Positions 1 to 13,500 of a stretch of 64,000 nt of DNA are shown here, piece after piece. The notes beneath the pieces are model-generated. The model searched no databases, had not been told where the DNA came from, and saw nothing but the letters and a program-made list of their open reading frames with translations. Location: contig NMRA01000925.1 in assembly GCA_002633005.1 (NCBI GenBank), forward strand, positions 33,457-97,456, read 5' to 3'. A program made the position numbers and the translations under genes. The stretch comes from Phoronis australis (lineage: Eukaryota; Animalia; Phoronida). Position 1 is the first letter of the stretch, and the number at the start of each line of letters is the position of its first letter.

Positions 1-719
1 AGGGGTTATCAAAACTTGTGATTTTCACGATTTTGACAACTCCTTTCTGTATTACTCATACTGTCTAAAAGTACTTCTTGAGTGCGGGTTGCATCTTTGA
101 AGTAGATCCCCGAGTGACATCGTTAACAGAATAACATAGGTTACAGTAAAGCACTGTCTCTATTCAATTAGTCTTATCTGCTGGGTCCACTCAGGCTGGC
201 TATTGCCCTATTGATGTTTAAAGCCATGTCATACTAAGGTCGAGGCCGTGGATGTTTTGGGGAGTTGCGGTCAGTATGAACTCTTAACTTTGGTCCTGGT
301 TCGAAGTTAATTTTGCAGTAGACAGGTGGATTTAACAGCGAAGGGTTGATGCTGCGGTGCAGTATGAACCGTCAATTTCGGTCCCATCGCAGTTATCGCC
401 ACTGTTATTGTCAACAATTAAAGGGTAGTGTCGTCGCTAACAGTTGCTTATATTTTGCTCGAATAAGTACCAATTGAATTAGAAATACGTTTTGTGTCAA
501 TTAGCAGTCATGTAAATTTTCACAAATTATCACATTAAAAAAATCTTAGAATACACACGGTGCATCAGTGCTACCTTGCGGTTACTTCAATGACAACAGC
601 ATCAGCTACTGTTTACTTCAATGTTTAACTACTGTCTGGTATGAATGATTCAGTTAACTTTGCAGTAACCTCCAGGCTCTGCTCAGACAAGAGTTAAGTC
701 AGTATGAAAGAGCCTTTAG

Positions 720-991
720 ACTCTGTTTGATCACCTGCTATGACAAGTACCCTATTGCTCTTTTGTGAATGGTTTGTTATATCATGACACTTACTGTGAT
801 ATTTCACAACTCACTGAGGTCTAATTTTATTACTTGCCTCTGGCTGGCTATTGCCCTATTGATGTTATAAACTCTGTTTGATTACCTGCTATGCCAAATG
901 CCCTATTATTATTTTGTGAGTGGTTTGTTACATCATGACATTTTGTAGGGTGTCTCACTACTCACTGAGGTCTCATTTTATTTCTTGCCTT
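720..991. repeat. about 150-bp tandem duplication within a larger inverted-repeat element
   Basis: ACTCTGTTTGAT...ACTCACTGAGGTCT...CTTGCCT at 720 and 871; about 55-135 is an inverted copy of about 1060-1145. Confidence 0.7.
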
Positions 992-1382
992 CCATGAATG
1001 TACTAGTAGTATACATTCGAAGTAGTGCAGTCTAACATAATTTTAAAACAATTTTTCCATCGTTTGTTCTTTTAATGATGTCGCTCAGGGAGCTACTGCA
1101 CAGATGCCATCCGCACTCGAGGAGTATTTTTAGATAATAGAGAACTTTACCAACAATGAATGTTGTATCGTTTTTAACGAGCTCTTCTAGTAAAATTTGG
1201 TCTAGACACATTATTGATTTGGTTGTTATGTACTCTTTTTCATAAACTGTTGTAAAAAGGAAATGGCAGATTGGTATTAAGTCAAACATCTAATTCTACA
1301 GGCTTTCTATATTCAAATAATATTTACATTTACATCAAGTTACTTAATTTTGTTGTCATCAAATTGGCTGTGTACACAGACT

Positions 1383-1562
1383 ATGAACGCTTTCGCTCTT
1401 GTTCTGTTATTTATCTTGAAATTTCACCCAAATGTTGGCTCTATTTCAACAGGTGACCAAAAACAAGCGGTGCAGGGACTAATACAGAGATTGTTACCAG
1501 AGCGATACTCAGAGTTTGTAGTGAACATCCAGCAAGATTTTACTACTGATGACTGGTTTGAA
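1383..1562 (+). CDS. NAGLU: NAGLU exon 1 (signal peptide, [10 protein letters not shown]...DDWFE)
   Basis: ATG at 1383, hydrophobic leader, [11 protein letters not shown] motif, GTAAGG donor, phase 0. Confidence 0.85.
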
Positions 1563-4500
1563 GTAAGGACTTGGTGTCTGTCATGAAGGTTACCATCAAT
1601 GTTTGGGTTTTTCTTCTTTACTACTAAATTTGGGAAATCAAGAGCCTGTTTGCATACTTTCATAGATTATTCAATTTGCCTTGCTAGTCTAGAATCAAAA
1701 TTTCCTGCTTGATTTGTCTAACAAAGAATTTTGAATCTCGTCCAGAGATGCTGAGTTGTTCTTTGATTTTGAATAATGAGCAGTGAGAATAGATGTAGTG
1801 ACATGTGACATCAGCTTCAAAAATACTGGAATGTCGTGATTCAGCCAACGTGCGAGAGTTACTCAAATCAAATGACTTGGCAGCAATATTAAACTCGATT
1901 CTGCTGCTGCCACTATTTTGTTTTGGACTCTTCCGGTCTGTTTGACTTGACACTCTCCTGTGCTTTTATGTATCAAACCTTGGAAGAAACTATTACTAAT
2001 CTTAACTTCATAGAGAGAAATTATAATACTTTACTGGACGTTGTTGAAAATTTGAGGCAATGTTTTGTTTGTCACAGACGTCATTTTCAAGCTTCTGCAA
2101 TGTATTAACTCTTGTTGGAATGTGTCGATCTTGAGGCAAACAGCGAGAAACACAATAGAAAAAACAGCCAGTGTGGTCTGTGCAATAAAGTGTAGTGAGT
2201 GTTTAGAAACCTGCGCTGGCAGAACAGTCTGCCAATCCACGGTTATCTCAACAACGATGACCCAACTACAGAAATATCTATGACTCGGCTGTGTTCTACT
2301 GTGAGGAATTGCGCTGTACATTTTAATCTGGGTGACACGCTTATTTTAGACAAACAAAATTATTTGGAGGTGATGTGAAGGAAGCTTGAAAAAGTTGGCT
2401 GTGGCTGACAAAACGTTGATGTAAATTCTCAAATAAGACCTCCAGTAAATATTTATAACTTTTCTGAATCATTTTTCGTCAATGGTTGAGTGATAACCTT
2501 CATTGATATCAACTATTTGAAACTTGTTTGTTTACAAACGTTTCTTTACAAAAATGAAATCTTTTCTTTTGAAACTTGGGTTGTGTTGTCCACATGTAGA
2601 AAGTATATGCTAATCTAGACAAGTGAGCGATATTAAGAATCTGCTTGTAAAAAATGTGTCCATCCCCAAATTACATTGTTACAGGGTATGACATAGAATG
2701 GAGAATGTCTTCTGCTATTTTATTTGCCGTGGTAGAGTGGAATGTGTCCGTGGCACATAGCTGCATTTTTGGGAAACTGGTGATATGGCAAATTGTAGAA
2801 CTGACGGTATGGCCAAAAAAAACAAACTTTGTTCTGGTTTTTACCCCGACTTATTTTGAGACCTGTGCTCACTGACTAAAAAAACAAAGAACTCCAGCCC
2901 GCATCAATTTCAGTTGAGGTCTCGTGTTTTTTTTCAAGCTGAACAAAGAAATGGAAGCAAGGTTTGAAATACCATTAGTTTGCCAAGAAATTATTAAAGA
3001 AAACAAATCTTGCATAATTTTTGCTTTTTTGCTCGTCTCAAGTGGATTTTCATGTTTGAAAAAGTGAGTGCCTAGAAAAATACTTCACCACTGACTCGAT
3101 TTCCAAAGGAAACAAAGACTTACCTTCTATGCTCTTTTAGATCGATGTGTAACATTTTCTTGTTTTGTTATAGATACACAGTTTCAAGAATCACAGTGTG
3201 CTGATAACAGCCAGCGGTGGAGTTGCCGCTGCCAGCGGATTTTACTATTACTTGAAGAACTACTGCTATTGTCACGTGTCCTGGACTGGGGACCAATTAG
3301 ATGTCCCGAAGCTGCTGCCGTTTATTCAACAACCAATCAGAATCTGGGCCAATCCAAAGTTTGTAGCACCCAAGCATTTTCAATTAGCTCTGTTCATNAG
3401 ACTTGGCAAGTTCCGATACTATGAGAATGTATGCACACCCAGCTACTCATTTGTGTGGTGGAATTGGACACGCTGGGAGAGGGAGATTGATTGGATGGCC
3501 ATGAATGGTATCAACCTTCCTCTGGCCGTGATTGGACAAGAGGCCATATGGAGGCGGACTTACATCAAACTGGGACTAACTGAAGCAGAGGTGGATGCCT
3601 ACTATTCTGGTCCTGCTTATCTGGCTTGGTTGGTCGCGTTCATATTTTATGTTGTCTAGTGAACACAGCGGCCATATTGAAGAAATTATCTCTGAAAATA
3701 ATGGTATTGAGATTGGTGCAGTTGATTAAACAAATTGAGAAATAAATAAAGGTACTTTGGTGAGAAGCTGAATAAATATATTAATAAATTCAACATTGGC
3801 AGAAGCCTCCTTTTTAACATGGCCTGTTTACGGACTTGATGAGAATCTTTTTTCTTTGCAAATTCATGAAGTCGGAGTATTTCCTGCTGGGAAATGTCTA
3901 AGTGGTCACGGTTGATAGACCTGGAACTGTTGCAATCTCGATACTGTCTCATTCTTCTGTTATTCTTAAGACGATGTTCCCCATTAAACAAAATTGAACA
4001 CTTGGTACAATTTTGACTGGTCTCACTGTGTTTTTGTTTGGTTTATTTCTAGGCAAACCATGGGTAACATCCATGGTTTGAATGGTCCTTTGACCAAGTC
4101 CTGGTTAATTGAACACGTGGACCTCCAACACAAAATTCTGGACAGAATGCGACAGTTTGGGATGAAGCCAGTTTTACCTGCGTTTAGTGGCCACGTACCT
4201 GGGGCCCTTCACAGGTAACATCTTTGTGTTATAGTGATTTGTGGGTAGGGGGTCCAAAGTAAAAGTTCTGATTGGTGAAGAATGTGTTCTATAAATGTAG
4301 ATGCAATGCATTCACTTTCTAAAGATTTATTGAAGGTTGACAAGTACTGTGTAGTTCTTTTTAGCGTTAAACTTTCAAATAAATTGTTTGGCGTGCTAAT
4401 TACTTGTTGCAAGTGCATTAACTGTAAATTGATTATGAGCATATATTACAAAGGCGCTCGCATTACCTCAATAAGTGCCTGCTGCAAATGAACTACCGTA

Positions 4501-7500
4501 TTATTGCCCCTTAAAGCTCATGTGCCTATATCCGAAATAATGCCTTTTTTCATAGCCTTTTTTACCCAATTGGTTCGCATATTGGCACATGCGCCTGGGG
4601 TTCGCATACAAGCGCAGTTCTGCACAGACGCCTAGGTGCCTAATGGCATGGCAATACAGTAGTTACTGATCGATATCTTCCCAAAATTACTTGATGGCAG
4701 CTGAATAAAACAGGATGTGACACCAACTGATAACACTCACGTTTACCTCCTAGGTACACCCAGCTTGTACTTTGACATCATGGAATTATGAAATAATCGT
4801 ATTCGTTTGGTTTAGGTAGCACGATGAATTCACAATAAATGTTAACCCCCTCGCAGTGTTTGAGAGATGGGAACCTATGAGTGATGTGAAAAAGTTTGTT
4901 GTCTTTGAAAAGATTTTGGTTATTGATGCCATTGACTTCAAATAATTAATTCGTCTGGTAGAGAGGCTGGCTGAATAACGGTCTTTTTGATGCAGATGAA
5001 AATTCAATGTAGCTGTGAACAATTTGGCTCTTCAGCAGCCATTCTCAAACTAATTTTCCATTGGATTGGGGTGTTTGATGTCATAATGTGGGTCGGTGAG
5101 TGTAACTCGTTGATGAGGTCTCTGTGTACCGCTTTTGCTTGGGGTATGTCCAGTTTGTGACCTCATGACCTCATGAGTACAAATGTGGACAAGTGCAGCA
5201 TTTAACGAAAATAATGGATATGTTCTGGAAAGATCTGAATTTCAATTGTTAGTAAGGGTATGCCATGAGATTTTTCTTTAAAAATTGGCTGTTTCGTCTT
5301 TGCAGAGTGTATCCCTACGCATCCATTTCACGTCTAGGAGAATGGTCTCACTTCAACTGCACTTATGCATGGTATGTATCGAGTCAATAAGTGAAATTTC
5401 ATTGACAAAAATGCATGTTGTATTATGTCTTCTTGACTGCCAGGTAGACATACCGTTTGAACTCCTTGGAGCTTGATTTTCATGCTCCATATTTAGCACC
5501 TTGTGAAAGACGTAACATTTCAAAAGTAGTCCACAAAATCGCCAGTCTCTTTATTATTATGAAATTTTTGCTTTTAAGCACCCTAAACTTCCCTTTTGCA
5601 CTAAAACCGCCCAAGTGCAAGGATTTGAAGCTGAAAACAAAATTTTGCTAAGATCATCAAGCTTCCGATTAAAAGTTGTCAAAATTTTCTTAAGTGTTTT
5701 AATTGAATTTTGGAAGCGAAACTGAAGTTAGTTACCAGTCGACACTTTCCTTAGGAAGCTTGTTCCTGAAAATGATACATTTTTGATAATTTTTTTGTTT
5801 TGTTGTTGGATGATGCCTTGGCATTTTGATTGAAGTGCAACAGGATGTGACTAGAAAATGTGCTGGTAGATGCTGCTGTGCAGTACAGTAAAGTACAGTA
5901 CAGTACAGTAAAGTACAGTAATGTACAGTAGAGTACTTTGCAGTACAGTAGAGTACAGTACTGTGCAGTTCAGTACAGTGCAGTAGAGTACAGTGCAGTA
6001 CAGTACAGTACAATACAAATTCAGACATACACCATTTCCCATCATGATGGCTAATTTGGTTGTCACCAAAAACGACTGTTAATAATTATTATGCTGGAAA
6101 GTTATAACTGCGGGCTGGCATAGCTACCTTTCTAACTTTCCTATTAAGTCCCCTTCATTCTAGGTCACGAGGTAAAATCATTCTGCCCAGCCATCATGAT
6201 GTGGAATTCTGGGTAATTTTGTCTGAATGCCTTTGGCATGTACTTTATGTGAACGCTGAAGTCTATTTTGCCTTTACGTGAAGTTACATCTGTACGTAAA
6301 TTTTAGATCATGAGAAACACTCGAGTAAAAATTAAAAATGATGGTTTTAGTAGAACATGCTAGACTAAGTGTACTTTGACTTATCAAGCGATACATTTTG
6401 ACGTGTTTTCTAGTTATGTGAATAATGGAAAATACTGAGAATGGTCAAAAGGCACAAAATGTATTGTTGAGGATGTTGTTGCATAACCCTGTATACATGC
6501 ATATGTGGTAATGCGATAAAAATGAAGAAGGAAACACTACAACTATCCCTGAATTCTATTTCGCAGCACATCCTTCCTGGATCCGACAGATCCATTGTTC
6601 AAAACCATTGGGAAAATGTTTCTAACTGAGGTGAGTTGACACATCTGTAGGTATTGTGACTTGGCAACCTCGTTGTACAGGTATGCACATTTTGAGTTAG
6701 GTGTAAGAGTGCCACTCGTGTTGTATTTTTACTCTGCATTTCATTAAGTGTTCACCTGTGTGTGAACGGTTGTGTCTAGTACATCTCAGGGTGTCAAAGA
6801 GCCAAACTGTGCTGACTGTCAGTTTCAGGTCAATCTCTTGTTTTTATTTAATAATATATTCCAACTCGACATATTTTAAGCTTAGAGATGTTTATTTTGT
6901 GTTCATCTCAGTATTGTTACATGTACTTCTGTCATTCAACGACACGATTTCTCAATTTGCTAAGTTTTTAATTAGCATATTCGTTGTTTTTGTGTTGCGT
7001 TAGTGCAATAAATGATTTGTCTGTCTACTGTTTTTGTTCCGTCTTATAGCTGGTCTCAGAATTTGGCTCAAGCCCGTTCTTCTCAGCTGACTCATTCAAT
7101 GAAATGACTCCAAAGTCAAGGTAAGTGTGTTCAACATTAATAAAGTGAGTTGGTATCAGAATACTTGTTGGTTGGCTGAGTGTACATTAAAATTTTCTCA
7201 AAAATGTAGTGCAGGTGGTCTGATACGCGTTGCCTCAGACGTGTGCAAGTCGCTCAGCCGGGCTCATTGCATCAGACACTTAAAATCTTTTTGATTATTG
7301 ATATACACGTATAGTCAATTTAATATCAACCTGAGGAGCCAGAGACCTGACTCAAGGGTCCACCAGTGGGGCCCAGTGACATTCGAACTCATGACTTTGT
7401 TATCTGGCACATTGTTTTATGACAAAATCTGGTGTTCTAAAGGATTACATAGTTGGCCAAGCAGCCCAAGCTGCAGGATTGAATTCAGTGGGCTGTTGTG

Positions 7501-10500
7501 TTTGCATTAGTACATTCCAATGGTCAATTTTTACCTGTACTGGGTTCCTAATGATAATCACATTTTGGGGTCTTGAAAACAACATATTGACCTCTGTGAA
7601 AATCAATGATTGTACATTATTTACCATTTATATCATATCATATCATACCATTTGTTTGAATTCATCGAAATGGTTGATATGAATTTAGATAAAAATTTTT
7701 TTAAATAGTAGTTAATAATTGACAAAAATTGCCTGTGAATGAGACATACGTTGGAGCACATCTCACTGTCACAACTGAGAGTATCTTCACACTGTGTCTG
7801 TCCTTTCCAGTGAAGCCAATTACTTGGCAGAGTGTGGTCGCGCTGTCTATGAGTCCATGGCGGCCATCGTGCCTGAGGCAGTGTGGGTAATGCAGGCCTG
7901 GCTCTTCTTCAACTCCCGTGATTTCTGGAAACCGACTCAAGTGAAAGCTTACGTGACTTCAGTGCCTTTGGTAGGTTGACACGGAGCTGGCATTTTCAAT
8001 TGTGTACGTCATTTTACACTTCATGAAAAACCAAAGTCAAAACAGATTACTATACATTTGACTGAACTACGGTAAGATCTTACCACTTATGGACACATGA
8101 AATTTTATTTTCTCACTTTTTTTCATAACCGATATGTAGCGCCAAAATTTTAATCTAACATTAAAACGCTTTACTATGTTCCAAGGTCTGTGCCTTAGCT
8201 ACCACCAGGAAATATTTTGAAAAGTTGTTGGCATTCACGACGTCGAGAAATAAAATAGGGCAGTTTTTGTAGTTGTTTTTGTCCGAAATTGTTGAGATTT
8301 TGCTGCAGTCACTCAATTTTAACACCGACCACACTTCTGTAATTAAAAGTGTCTTACTCCTCATCAGTGTCATGCCGTTAGGATGACCGTACATAGTGAT
8401 CGTACTTTGTTCTGTTCATAAAGGACATCGAGAGAATCTACTAATGAAAAAATGCATCAGAATTTTTCAAACTTTCGTCTTGCAGACTAATATAAAATAA
8501 CATTGTGGTTCGTGGGGAATGAAATGGATTTATGAGAAAAAAGAATTGCAGTGGGTGAGAAAGAACAAGTAGCTTTTAAGGAAAATTTTTTGTAATCACG
8601 AGAAAAGAATGCTGTTGGTGACAATACCTGTGGAGTGAAAACATAAACATCTCTCGTTTATTGAGTATTCCATACGAGGGTGGTTTTCATAATGCAGATA
8701 TCAATCTGGTCTGTTCTTAAGAGTCCCTAGTAGTCTCGCCTCCAGCATAACACAGACACTGATACATAGGCCACTTATCTATCATGCTTTAAGGAAATAC
8801 TTTTGAAGTCATTGCTGGTGCGGTAATTGCTTTGCTCAACACAAAAGGAAGTGGATCAGTGCTTCTAATCTTGTGGGCTGATATCACTAACGGTTCTTGT
8901 ACGTATCTAATTGACAAAGACATTATATCTTGGAACGGGTCTCGTTTCTAATAGACTGGTTACTTGAGATGGTTGGTACATATGTAGATATTATTGTTAT
9001 ACTGATATTTTGTTGCTCTTGATATCGCTAGATAGCACTAGTGCATTCTTTTGCTTGTAGGGTAAGCTGGTTCTGCTGGACCTGTATGCTGAAATGAGCG
9101 CCCAGTACCAGCGGTTTGACTCGTTCTATGGAGTCCCCTTCATCTGGTGTATGTTGAACAACTTTGGGGGCACAGTAGGAATGCATGGTGCGCTACAGAT
9201 CATTAACAAGGTGAGCCTTTTTGAACTTGTGTGGTGCTGAGCCATAATTGTGAGATCAGAAAATTGTATGACCAGCATGTGAATGTAGATTTAAACCAAC
9301 CTGCAGATATGATTCGTAGCTGTTTAATAATCTGCATAATGTATGCCACATCGTGTGACCTAAATTTTGCTACTTCAAGTTTGATAAGATTTCCATCCTG
9401 ACGAAGGTGTAAACCCAGGACCACTGTGTAAATCTATGACACCTAAGACCACTGAACCATAAAGATCTTTGATTGGCTATAGAAATGTGATCAGACTTAA
9501 TTCAAACCATCCATCTCTTGTCAATAGTGTAATGAATGTGCAATGATAACCTTGTGTTATTATTTCATGGATATTAACGATTCACAAAATCATATTTTTG
9601 GCAGCAAATTCTCTGTAGTGAACCAAGTTACCTGTTAGCTGTCCAAATTTCTGACTTAAGCCTTTAGTCACTGTTCTTGCAACAGGCCCCTGCGCTGGCA
9701 AACTTTAAACCTTTTGATGCTTCGTATTGCTGGTCACAGAGGGCTGCACTTTATCAGTCTGTGGTCGCTTTCCAGATGGAAAACTCTGATCTTGATATAA
9801 TTTAGCATTCTGAGTCTGGTAAATTAATGAACAGTTATTAACCGCTTTGCATCCTTTGTATTTTAGGGACCTTTTGAAGCCGTTGGCAGTAACTCATCTA
9901 TAATGGGTATAGGGTTAACACCAGAGGGCATTGGCAGCAATAATGTGATTTACGAGTTCATGATGGAAAATGCATGGCGAACGCAACCTAGGAACACTAC
10001 AGCATGGTAGGCTCTGATGTTCGTACTTTATGTTTTGACTTTTATTCACATGGTTGTCATTCCTGGATACACTGACGATTAGTGACAGCATACTTGTAAT
10101 ACAGTGGGGAATTCAATTTCCCAAAACAAGAAATTACAGTAAGAATTCTTCAGTTTGGGGATCAATATGGTGGACAAGTGAAATGTCATTTTGCCAAATT
10201 TCTCAGAGATATGTTGTCAGGAAATTTTACTTTTCTTGTATGTTATAGCTCTTACCGAACAATTTTGGGGGAAACTTTTACTTTTTGCAGTGATGTAAAA
10301 AGCCTCTGAAACTGGAGAAAGGGTAATTATAGAAGTCATTTTTCTCCCAAGTTGAAGATTTTTTCAGTATGTTTTATTTAGTTTATTAGCCTGGCTGAGA
10401 CGTAAGCGTGACTCACACTGATTTTGTTGTGAACAACTCACATGTGATTGGCGGCACTGCTTTGTATATCACAAAGTAACATGCTCATAATACGACGGTG

Positions 10501-13500
10501 GTTAATCAAAATGTTAGGAAGAGAATGACAATTGAACAACTTATCGATTGCTAGATGCATGATCACTGAGTGTGTTTACGGCTGCCGAAAATGATTTCAT
10601 TGTAGGAAATGTTGTCTTCCAATATTTCTTATAGACGCCTGTCAACTTTCTAGTCAATAAAATCTGACTTTCAACAAATTGTCTCTGCTGTAACAAAAAA
10701 TCCTTCAGTAATGCAGGGCTTGGAATTTTCCGCGGAAACGCGAATTTCCGCTTTTTTCAAATTTTCTGTCCGCGTATTTTATTATATTTCCGCGTTTCCG
10801 CGTAAAAAAATCGGATTTGACATAAAGTTTCCGTGGCAAATTTCTTTCTTACCGCCGTGTTGCCGACAACTTTCACCTTGAAAAGCGGAAGTTGGTCTTT
10901 ATGTTTCGGAGGAACGTAAATTGTCAACATTGCCGGGGCATCTGGGATAGCGTGGTGGATTTCCTCAATGGCGGCTCGTGTGATTGTAAACCGCGGCGAC
11001 AAATACTACGACTCTGCAGCCAAAAATGTTTGGAGGCGGGAGTGGCGAACGAGCTAAGACAGACGCACGCTGCCGGAGGTGGTACCGTTTTAGTCTCGAT
11101 TTTTGTCGGATCCACACCGACTTTTTCAAGGCTGCCTGCGCGCATGTTTCGGGCCGTAAAAATTTCCGCTTTTTTCGCCATTTGCCATTCCAAGCCCTGG
11201 TAATGACAGCCTTCACTTTTCTGCAAAAATGGAACACTACATTTTGTGCACACATAAGCAGAACTTGCATTACGGTAACTCTACATTTATTTTGCGCAAA
11301 AAATTTTGCCAAAATTGTCACTTTTCCATTTTTAAACAGCAATTGATTTTTGCAAATAACGGAAAATTAAACAAAAATTGTTTTATGACATCAAAACAGT
11401 AAACCATGTTAGTAATAGTGTCTTAATCTTTATTTTTGTTGAGAAATTCGACAAAATATACTTTCAATTATCAGCCAAATTGTGCGCTAAATAAATGAAG
11501 AATTAGAGTAACTGTATTTTGTGCTGATTTCACAACACGAAAATACAAGTTGTGAAAAGTCAGAAACTTGAACTTTAAATGGACTTCTTTAGCCCCCTTC
11601 TCTATTGTAGGCTTGTGAACTATGCCAAGAGAAGATACAGTGTTGACAATGGTAATGTATCCAAGGCATGGACACTGCTCCAGGTTAGTGACGGCTTACT
11701 AGTAGCAGATACTGAAATTCTCCACTTAATCTGCACACAAATATTTGCAAAAATTGTGTGATTTTCCAGTTTTTTAAAGAGTGTTTACCTTGCTGCAAGT
11801 AATGGAAACGTCTTGACAGTTCAAACCATGCTGACAGCAGACAGATTAATGTTATTAATCTTCATTTTAATTTCTGGACAAATTTGTCTTGAATGGATTT
11901 TCACCCATCTGCCATGTTGTGGGCTAAATTGGTGAAGAATTCCTCTACTATATTTCTTGGTCATCAGACTTGAAACATTATACAGTACACCCATGAACAT
12001 GGCAATGAAAGAAAGCGAAAATTAGGCACCCATATCTTGAGCTTCTAGCTGCTTTCATTATCTATGCTGGGGCGGATCCAGGATTTTGAATCAGGGGGGC
12101 AGGGCAGAATTTTAGCCAGGATTTTGCCCGTCAGACATTCGCACCCACGAACTGCCAAATGGAATTTTGGAGAAGTTTAGGGGGGTTATGGCCCCCTTGG
12201 CCCCCCTCTAAATCTGCCACTGCTATGTTTACTAGGCAAAGTTAAAAATACATTATATAACTGCTTGGGCAACAATTTCATGGTTTACACTCCTCAGGAT
12301 GTTATACCAATGCTAAAGTCTGGAAGCAACAGAAAATTAAAAGTGAAACTCGGTGATTTATTGAAATGTAGATGATGGGTGTAATTTTAGAAATTAAATT
12401 ATTACCATGAAATTTATCTACCTTTTGAGCACAAAACATGGTGGACAAGTGAAATTTTATTTTGTCAAAATTCTCAGCAAAATTAATGATTATGATTAAT
12501 ATGGTTTATCGTTAGCTTGGTTGGTAGTATGTGAAATGTTAATGAATCAACATTTGGTTAAGTAAGAATAACACGCCATCTATTGGTCACATTGAATAAC
12601 AATAAATTTCAACTGAGCGGTAATTTGATAACAGTGTCAAAATATTCAATTATGAAAATCATCTGGAAAGCGCAGTGTATTTTTTCGCCTGCTTTATAGG
12701 CTTTATTTTCCAGTCTGGTCCCTACCTGGGTATTTAAATCAGTTTCTTTCGAGCTCTAGCCAGACACCGTGATCACTGAACTATTCAAATCATGCGGTTA
12801 ATTGGGGATACATTTCATTTATTAAAACTGGCATAGATGCCGAGTCCAGTATTGTATTAATATGTAATAGGTAAAAAAATGTGTTTGTAGTGCTTTCCGG
12901 GTGGAGTTTTCGTCACTGTGCAAGTTTGTTAGTTACTGCCATTGTCATTTCAGAGAAGTGTTTACAATGAAACAGTACAAGACCACGGCAAGTACTACCT
13001 GGTTACAAGACCCACCTTAACCAAAGCTCTGGCTACCCGCCATGGTTTCAATAAACTCCATTACGCACACAACCCTCATGTAAGTGGTTTATAACTTTTT
13101 GCATACTTTCTTGTGCTGTAGTGTGTATGTCTTCCAGAATGTGTTGTGATGGTCATAGTCAGTCATATTTTGATGACTGTAAAGCAGCCTTAGCACAGGG
13201 CTGCGGCAAAAGCAAGTTTCTAAAATGTGAGAACTTCACAAGGTTATGTCATGTGAACTGCTGTATTTTTGGTTACGAAAAACCTGTCTCAAACCATAAC
13301 CAGGTATCCCCACTTAGCTAACAGTTGCATTGTTCATTTATTTAGGAACAAGATAACCGGATAATTTCACATTGAGGTGATCAAAAAAGGAATGAGTTTT
13401 TTAAACCAAATTAAATGAACTGGAAGGAATAGTAATTGTCTTTGTACTTCCTTGACGTTTTTGAGGTTGGAGTAGCATTGACCGATAAGTTTTCGTTCTC

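Noticed and set aside
5732-6069. Cys/Tyr-rich ORFs (YCTVL repeats)
   Set aside because: Translation of the (CAGTA)n microsatellite
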